This document shows, piece by piece, positions 1 through 5,691 of a stretch of 5,691 bases of DNA; position 1 is the first letter of the stretch; each line of letters starts with the position of its first letter. The notes beneath the pieces are model-generated. The model saw nothing but the letters and a program-made list of their open reading frames with translations. It was not told where the DNA came from and searched no databases. The DNA lies in the NCBI RefSeq assembly GCF_006345805.1, contig NW_021829961.1, positions 1-5,691 on the forward strand, in the 5' to 3' direction. A program made the translations under genes and the position numbers. The DNA comes from Octopus sinensis. Its lineage: Eukaryota.

Positions 1-14
1 GGAAAGACGGGCAG

Positions 15-958
15 AACAATAGAAGCAACAAACACAGCAGCACCAATAATAACAACAACATCAACGGAAACATGAATAACAGCAACATTATCTATGATAA
101 TAGTAAACATGAAGCTGAAACAATAAGAGAAATTGCTAGAAAAAGAATGACAATTTTTATGACAAAAGCAGCACCAACGACATGAAGAACGGGAGCAATA
201 ACACGAACAACCACAGCAAGAACAACAACAATAATAGCAGCCACAGCTATGAACGTCAAAGATAGCAACATCAATAACAGTGATAATGATAACAATTTAA
301 AGACAATAAGAATAAGCAACAACTACAGCAAGAAACGACTGCAGTAAGGAGAGCAGCAATAGCAACAGAATCCATGGACAATAAGACTCGCATCAACAAT
401 AGCAACAACAGCAGCAATCACAAGAACAACAAGAAGAAGAACAAAAGCAACAATCACAAGAAAAACAGCAGCAACAACAGCAACAGCCACAACAACAACA
501 ACAAAACACAACAGCAACAACAACACAAGAGCCACAACAACAACAGCAACAACAACAACAAAAGCAACAAAAACAACAGCAACAACAACACAACAACAAC
601 AATAGCCACAACAATAACAGCAGTTTACAGAAACAACATCAAGAAGAAAGATACAACGACAGAAATAAGAACAACGGCAATCAAAGCATAAGCTAAGAAA
701 CGGACGAAACAATGTGGATACTGTAGCAACAACAACAACAACAACAATAACGTCAACAACATTAACAACAACTACAATAACGATAGCAGCAACAACAACA
801 ATAACAAAACTTATGAAATTGTCACCTTCAATATTAATAACATCGGCGATACTAATATCAACAATGTTTAAAGGAATATTTAGCTAAACAAACAATCGTA
901 GCAGCAAACAACAACAACAACAACAACAGCAACAACAACAGCAACAAACAAAGCAAAT
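15..958 (+). repeat. Degenerate compound trinucleotide field (AAC/AGC/AAT), A-rich on the + strand
   Basis: AAC/AGC/AAT triplets dominate throughout, e.g. (AAC)6 at 728-745 and dense AAC/AGC at 430-620 and 901-945, with frequent phase shifts and point interruptions. Confidence 0.9.
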
Positions 959-1304
959 AAATAATAAAAGAGAGATGAATAACGAGCGGGAAAACAACGG
1001 AGGTCCAGAAACATCAATGGAGGACAATGTGTAAACGAAACGTCGTTGATGAAAATGGCGGAGATGATTATGACATAGAACTCGGGATTGAGAGAAATCG
1101 CAAAGAAAACTAGGAATAAAAAAAGGAATAAAATAATAAGTGTAAATATCTGGAATGATAATAGCAACGATAATAACTAAGACAATAGCAACAGTAGCAT
1201 TAACAAACATCATCAGAAATCTTGTGTAAATGTAGAGGTTAACCTAGAGTTTGAGCAACGGACAATAGCAACGGACAACGACCGCAAAATAGCAACATCA
1301 AGCA

Positions 1305-1340
1305 ATGACGATGACGATGACGATGATGGTGATGGTGATG

Positions 1341-1342
<2 letters not shown>
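1305..1342 (+). repeat. (ATGACG)n / GAT-GGT compound microsatellite leading into the AAT array
   Basis: ATGACGATGACGATGACGATGATGGTGATGGTGATGAT is read directly from the sequence. Confidence 0.85.
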
Positions 1343-1434
<92 letters not shown>

Positions 1435-1676
1435 TAATAATAATAATAATAATAATAATGATAATTAATGATAATAATGATAATAATAATAATAATAATG
1501 ATAATAATAATAATATAATTATGATAATAATAATAATAATAATAATAATAACTAATAATAATAATTATATAATAATAATAATAATAATAATTATGATAAT
1601 AATAATAACATAAAATAATAATAATAATAATAATGATAATTATAATAATTATAATAAGAATAATAATAATAATAAT
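1343..1676 (+). repeat. Interrupted (AAT)n microsatellite, ~330 bp
   Basis: Perfect (AAT)18 at 1343-1396 is followed by AAT runs interrupted by GAT, TAT, AAC and small indels. Confidence 0.97.
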
Positions 1677-1800
1677 AAGAAGAAGAAGAAGAAGAGTGAT
1701 AATAATAATGATGGTGTTAATGATGACGATGACGACGACAACGGTGATGATGATGATAATAATAATAAGAAAAAGAACAAGAAAAAGAACAACAAAATAA
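1677..1800 (+). repeat. (AAG)6 followed by a GAT/GAC/AAT/AAG compound repeat
   Basis: (AAG)6 at 1677-1694 is followed by GATGACGATGACGACGAC, GATGATGAT, AATAATAAT and AAGAAAAAGAAC twice. Confidence 0.85.
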
Positions 1801-1815
1801 CGAATGTAATCATAA

Positions 1816-1874
1816 TGAAGAAGAGGAGGGTGAGGAAGGAGACGGAGGAGTGGATGAGTTGGAGGAAGGAGAAG
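1816..1874 (+). repeat. Purine-rich GAG/GAA/GGA low-complexity tract
   Basis: GAAGAAGAGGAGGGTGAGGAAGGAGACGGAGGAGTGGATGAGTTGGAGGAAGGAGAAG. Confidence 0.75.
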
Positions 1875-1879
1875 ATACT

Positions 1880-1972
1880 GATAATAATACTAAGAATATA
1901 ATAGTGATAAATAATAACAATAATAATAACAACAACAACAACACCGACAATAATAATAATAATAATATACTA

Positions 1973-2018
<46 letters not shown>

Positions 2019-2050
2019 CATTTAATGATAATAATAATAATAATAATAAT
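1880..2050 (+). repeat. Interrupted (AAT)n/(AAC)n microsatellite
   Basis: AAT and AAC triplets are directly visible, with phase shifts near 1967-1980 and 2016-2024. Confidence 0.92.
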
Positions 2051-2055
2051 AAGAT

Positions 2056-2146
2056 GAGAAGAAGAAGAAGAAGACGAAGAAGAAGAAGAAGAAGAAGAAG
2101 AAGAAGAGAATGAGATGAAGAAGTAGAAGAAACAGAGGAAGAAGAA
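2056..2146 (+). repeat. (GAA)n microsatellite with an internal GAGAATGAGATGAAGAAGTAGAAGAA core
   Basis: Perfect (GAA)10 at 2076-2105, a GAC interruption at 2073-2075, and a 26-nt core at 2106-2131. Confidence 0.93.
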
Positions 2147-2204
2147 AAACGAATAATGAAAGTTATAATGATCAACAAAAACAGCAAAAATGTAATGACA
2201 ACGC

Positions 2205-2231
2205 AATAACAACAACAACAACAACAATAAC

Positions 2232-2264
<33 letters not shown>

Positions 2265-2320
2265 GACAACAACAACAACAATAATAATAATTGTAGTAAT
2301 AATAATAATAGTAATAAATA
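2205..2320 (+). repeat. (AAC)n/(AAT)n compound microsatellite
   Basis: (AAC)6 at 2208-2225 is followed by AAT runs, a GAC/AAC run and AAT with AGT interruptions. Confidence 0.92.
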
Positions 2321-2321
2321 C

Positions 2322-2362
2322 ATAAAAATGATGATGATGATTATGATCATCATCATTTTTAT
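2322..2362. repeat. Perfect 17-bp inverted repeat with a 7-nt spacer (apex of a larger fold-back)
   Basis: ATAAAAATGATGATGAT (2322-2338) is the exact reverse complement of ATCATCATCATTTTTAT (2346-2362); the spacer is GATTATG. Confidence 0.9.
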
Positions 2363-2430
2363 TATTATTATTATTATCATCATCATCATCATCACCATCA
2401 TCATCATCAATCATCATCATCATCATCATC

Positions 2431-2462
<32 letters not shown>

Positions 2463-2663
2463 TGCATTATTCTTGTTTTTGTTTATCATCATTTTCATTC
2501 TTCGTTTTCTTTTTCTTCTTTATCTTCATCTTGTTCTTCTTCTTCGTCTTCTTCATCATCATCATCATCGTCATCATCATCATCATCATCATCATGTCGT
2601 AATGGTGGTGGTTGTCGTTATTGGTGATGTTGGTGATGTTGATGATGATGTTGTTGTTTATCA
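2346..2663 (-). repeat. Reverse-polarity compound SSR block (ATC, ATT, TCT, ATC, GGT/GTT on the + strand)
   Basis: The + strand becomes T-rich here: (ATC)n ~2376-2435, (ATT)n ~2438-2463, TCT-rich 2500-2554, (ATC)n 2555-2594 and GGT/GAT/GTT 2599-2659. Confidence 0.9.
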
Positions 2664-2909
2664 TTTCCTTATTTGCCACGAGGGCATCAGATTTTTGCGG
2701 GGGCATTAGAAGGACCGTTAAAAATTTGCGGGGATGTTTACATAATAAGATCAAGTAGGAAGAAAGGGACAGAAGGGGCCCGGGTGAAGAGATAAAAGGA
2801 AGAATACCTAGTAAACAAAATGTGGGAACTAGAACGACAACAACAGAAATACAAGGAACGATTTCATAAACATCATCAACGGCATAAATAATAATGATGA
2901 GGAAAAGTT

Positions 2910-2910
<1 letters not shown>

Positions 2911-2940
<30 letters not shown>

Positions 2941-3092
2941 CATTACTAGTAGTAGGAGTAGTAGCAGCAGCAGTGGTAGTAGTAGTAGTAGCAGCAGAAG
3001 CAGTAGTAGTAGTTGTTGTAGTAGTAGTAGTAGTAGTAGTCGTTGTCGTTGTTGTTAAGGTTATTGTTATTGTTGCCACTACGGTTGTTGTA
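2911..3092 (+). repeat. (TAG)n microsatellite with CAG interruptions, followed by a GTT/ATT tract
   Basis: Perfect (TAG)10 at 2911-2940, interrupted TAG/CAG to ~3040, then GTCGTTGTCGTTGTTGTT...GTTATTGTTATTGTTG. Confidence 0.92.
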
Positions 3093-3094
3093 GT

Positions 3095-3198
3095 AGAAGA
3101 AGAAGAAGAAGAAGAAGAGAATGAGATGAAGAAGTAGAAGAAGAAGAAGAAGAACAGCAACAACAACAACAACAACAATAACAATAACAACAACAACA
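3095..3198 (+). repeat. Second (GAA)n-core-(AAC)n compound microsatellite
   Basis: (GAA)7 at 3096-3116, the same 26-nt core at 3117-3142, and (AAC)6-AAT-AAC-AAT from 3159. Confidence 0.92.
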
Positions 3199-3280
3199 AG
3201 GACAAAATATAATTCTAATAAATATATTAATAATAATGCTGATGTTAATAAAGATGCTGATGAATAATAACAATAATAAC

Positions 3281-3297
3281 TATTATCATTATTTTTA

Positions 3298-3364
<67 letters not shown>

Positions 3365-3428
3365 GTTATTATTATTATTATTATTATTATATTATTATTA
3401 TTTTTATTATCATTATTATTATTACTAT
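3281..3428 (-). repeat. (ATT)n microsatellite, i.e. (AAT)n on the - strand
   Basis: Perfect (ATT)21 at 3302-3364 with interrupted flanks. Confidence 0.97.
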
Positions 3429-3454
3429 CAGTATTTATTTTTATATAAAAGTAT

Positions 3455-3606
3455 CAACGACGACGACGACAAAGATAAGAACAAAAACAGCAGCAGAATT
3501 TGCAGAAGTAACAGCGACAGCATCAACAACAACAACACCAATAAGGAAAACCACACAAATTAAAACAAATAACCACAGCATCAACAACAACAACAACAAC
3601 AACAAC
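3455..3606 (+). repeat. Degenerate GAC/AAC/AGC triplet tract
   Basis: ACGACGACGACGAC near 3457-3470, AGC/AAC runs, and (CAA)8 at 3582-3605. Confidence 0.8.
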
Positions 3607-4007
3607 TTGAAGAGTTGAGCATAAATGGTAAAAATCAAGAGAAACGTGAAAGGAAATGTCAAGCCTGCATTTTTAATTTCAACAACGTCGACAACAACCA
3701 TAACAACAGCATGAATAACGACGGTAAAGAAAAAAAAGCCACCGATTGTTGCTGTAGTATTAGCAACAATATCGACAACAAGAGCAATCACAACGTGTAC
3801 ATGTATGTAGATTGTGAGGAAGCAACGGCTTTTGAGTTTAAATAACATTCACGAGATCTGGGAACAACAACAACAACAAAAAACAGAGGAACGGGAATTT
3901 GGAGTTTTAAAGAAAAAAAACAGGCAATAGCAACGAATACGGCTGAATCCATGATATGATTTTTTTACAAAAAAAGCAGAAATGAAAAGAAACGGAAGTG
4001 TGTAGCA

Positions 4008-4051
4008 ACAGCGACGACAACAACAACAACAACAAAAATAACAACAACTGC

Positions 4052-4083
<32 letters not shown>

Positions 4084-4139
4084 AAATAATATAAAAATAA
4101 TAATAATAATATAATAATAATAATAATAATAATAATAAA

Positions 4140-4172
<33 letters not shown>

Positions 4173-4201
4173 ATAATAGTAATGTTAATAATGATAATAA
4201 A

Positions 4202-4236
<35 letters not shown>

Positions 4237-4238
4237 TA

Positions 4239-4291
<53 letters not shown>

Positions 4292-4332
4292 GATAATAAT
4301 AATAATAATAAAAATAATAGTAATGTTAATAA

Positions 4333-4363
<31 letters not shown>

Positions 4364-4500
4364 AATATAACACAATAATAATAAATAATAATACTAATAA
4401 TAATAATATAATAATAATAATAATTAATAATGATATGATGATGATATAATAATAACAATAATAATAATAATAATGATAATAATAATAATAACAACAATAA

Positions 4501-4558
<58 letters not shown>

Positions 4559-4636
4559 TTAACAATAACAATAATAATAATAATGAGGATGCTGATGATG
4601 ATGATGATTATGATGATGATAATAATAATAATAATC
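4008..4636 (+). repeat. Long interrupted (AAT)n microsatellite with an AAC-rich start and a GAT-rich end
   Basis: AAC/GAC at 4008-4048, AAT with GAT/AAA/AAC interruptions at ~4053-4583, and GAT-rich sequence at 4584-4620. Confidence 0.97.
4149..4367 (+). repeat. Direct duplication (78 nt, period 141) inside the AAT array
   Basis: 4149-4226 matches 4290-4367 with one mismatch (4193 G vs 4334 A); both carry AAAAATAATAGTAATGTTAAT. Confidence 0.85.
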
Positions 4637-4810
4637 AAAATGAACCGTACGAAATATTTTCACAGAAACAGCAAAAACAAGAGGAGAGATACTCGAAGAA
4701 GTTTAACAAAAGAAACTAAAGAATAAATAAAAAATATTTACAACAAAAATGTTATTCACAAAAACAGCAGAATGAGAAACCGCCCCAAATTATGAAGAGG
4801 ACAGAGGGTA

Positions 4811-4842
4811 ATATATATGTATATATGTGTGTATATGTATAT

Positions 4843-4873
<31 letters not shown>

Positions 4874-4974
4874 TATGTATATATACATGCATACATTTAT
4901 GTATGTATATATATGTATGTATGTATGTATGGATGGATATATGGATATACCTGCATGTAATACATGTATGTTTA

Positions 4975-5009
<35 letters not shown>

Positions 5010-5267
5010 ATATATATGCATATATATACATACATACATACAAAATATATGTATATACGTATACAAAAATACAAATATATATATTCACATATATATGCAT
5101 ACATACAAAATACATGAATATAGGTATACATACATATATATATTATATATATATATATATATATAATATATATTATATATATATATATACTATATGTATA
5201 TATATATATGAATATTATATATATTTTATGTATATGTCTATATTAATATATATATATATATGATATA

Positions 5268-5302
<35 letters not shown>

Positions 5303-5350
5303 CATGTATATGCGTAAATATGTGTATATATATACACACGCATATACATA
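4811..5350. repeat. (TA)n compound dinucleotide microsatellite with TATG/CATA/TG variants
   Basis: Perfect runs are (TA)12 4848-4871, (AT)15 4977-5006, (TA)10 5144-5163 and (TA)13 5275-5300; also (TATG)5 4912-4931 and (CATA)3 5029-5040. Confidence 0.97.
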
Positions 5351-5450
5351 CCAGCACGCTTCCGTGAAAATAATATTAGTAGAAAATACAAGAGTGAAAC
5401 AAAAGCAAAACTGAAATTTTCTGATTATTCAAAAGTAAAGAAAAGTTTCA

Positions 5451-5495
5451 AACAAGATGGCGGTAACGCAGAATATTCGTTGACGCCATTTTGTT
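5451..5495. promoter_or_regulatory. Hairpin formed by two inverted YY1/PHO-type motifs (CAAGATGGCG and CAAAATGGCG); regulatory role unproven
   Basis: AACAAGATGGCG (5451-5462) pairs with CGCCATTTTGTT (5484-5495), with an inner stem AACG/CGTT. Both arms match the established YY1 core AAxATGGCG. The structure is seen in the sequence; the function is inferred. Confidence 0.3.
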
Positions 5496-5642
5496 GTTAG
5501 CGCTATCTTTATGGCAGTGAAATCTGTAGTGATAATTTATACGAAGCAACAACGTCGATGTGGTAATGATGCAGTGAGAAACATGATCAAAGGACGACGA
5601 GAAAAAATGATAATGACATATGGAACATCGTCTTAAGTAACT

Positions 5643-5680
5643 TTATATATATGTGTGTTTATATGCGTGTAAATGTGTAT
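5643..5680. repeat. Short degenerate TA/TG dinucleotide tract
   Basis: TTATATATATATGTGTGTTTATATGCGTGTAAATGTGTAT. Confidence 0.7.
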
Positions 5681-5691
5681 GAATTATGAAC

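Noticed and set aside
374-691. 105-aa Asn/Lys/Ser/Gln-rich ORF on the + strand
   Set aside because: The translation drifts between poly-N, poly-Q and poly-T as the AAC phase slips, which is expected from repeat indels rather than purifying selection. There is no recognisable domain.
1052-1061. Isolated YY1-like AAAATGGCGG; also E2F-like GCGGGAAA at ~986-993 and ETS-like ACGGAAGTG at 3992-4000
   Set aside because: Single short motifs are expected by chance in 5.7 kb and have no supporting context.
1305-1613. Poly-Ile/Met ORFs here and at 4143-4370, plus the minus-strand poly-Leu/Ile/Tyr ORFs such as 3907-4638
   Set aside because: These are stop-free readings of (AAT)n/(ATT)n arrays and mimic hydrophobic or membrane proteins only artefactually.
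1821-1870. Possible two-tetrad G-quadruplex from GG/GGG runs
   Set aside because: There is only one GGG run, and GG-only quadruplex motifs are weak and very common in GAG-rich DNA.
1769-1978. Stop-free + frame giving an acidic stretch (EEEEGEEGDGGVDELEEGEDTD) followed by poly-Asn
   Set aside because: There is no ATG, it is bounded by TAA from the AAT arrays, and it is explained by GAG/GAA low complexity. It could only be rescued by spliced RNA-seq evidence.
3573-3845. Open + frame (poly-Q, then SINGK...CQAC...DCCCS...; ORF track 3615-3845)
   Set aside because: It is short, has a TTG start in eukaryotic-type DNA, is Asn-rich from AAC decay, and its cysteine spacing matches no zinc-finger family I recognise.
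3960-3975. T7-AC-A7 mini inverted repeat
   Set aside because: It consists only of homopolymers with no GC stem, so it is not a terminator and is uninformative.
2175-4769. Recurrent short words: ACAAAAACAGCA (2175, 3481, 4758), GACAATAGCAAC (1181, 1261), CAACAACGTCGA (3680, 5547), AAACAGAGGAA (2130, 3881)
   Set aside because: These 11-12-mers are built from the dominant A-rich triplets, are irregularly spaced, and are not CRISPR-like (no constant repeat-spacer period).
4752-5166. Tyr/Ile/His/Met-rich ORFs over the TA block
   Set aside because: These are standard translation artefacts of (TA)n/(TATG)n repeats.

Overview
This is non-coding, eukaryotic-looking DNA dominated by simple sequence repeats. 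It holds long compound trinucleotide trains (AAC/AGC, AAT, GAT/GAC, GAA, TAG and their complements) and a ~540-bp (TA)n/(TATG)n block. Short non-repetitive islands lie at about 960-1300, 2664-2907, 3607-4007, 4636-4810 and 5351-5642. I can support no protein-coding gene, RNA gene, CRISPR array or recognisable transposon ORF; the ORF-track entries look like by-products of stop-free triplet phases. The style resembles SSR-rich invertebrate genomes such as penaeid shrimp or octopus, but that is inference only. The non-trivial structure is in how the repeats are arranged: a diverged fold-back centred at 2342, a GAA-core-AAC module present twice direct and once inverted, strand-polarity switches that coincide with short palindromes, a 141-bp-period duplication inside an AAT array, and a 45-nt hairpin made of two inverted YY1-type motifs at 5451-5495. 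I see no convincing evidence for a new gene system.
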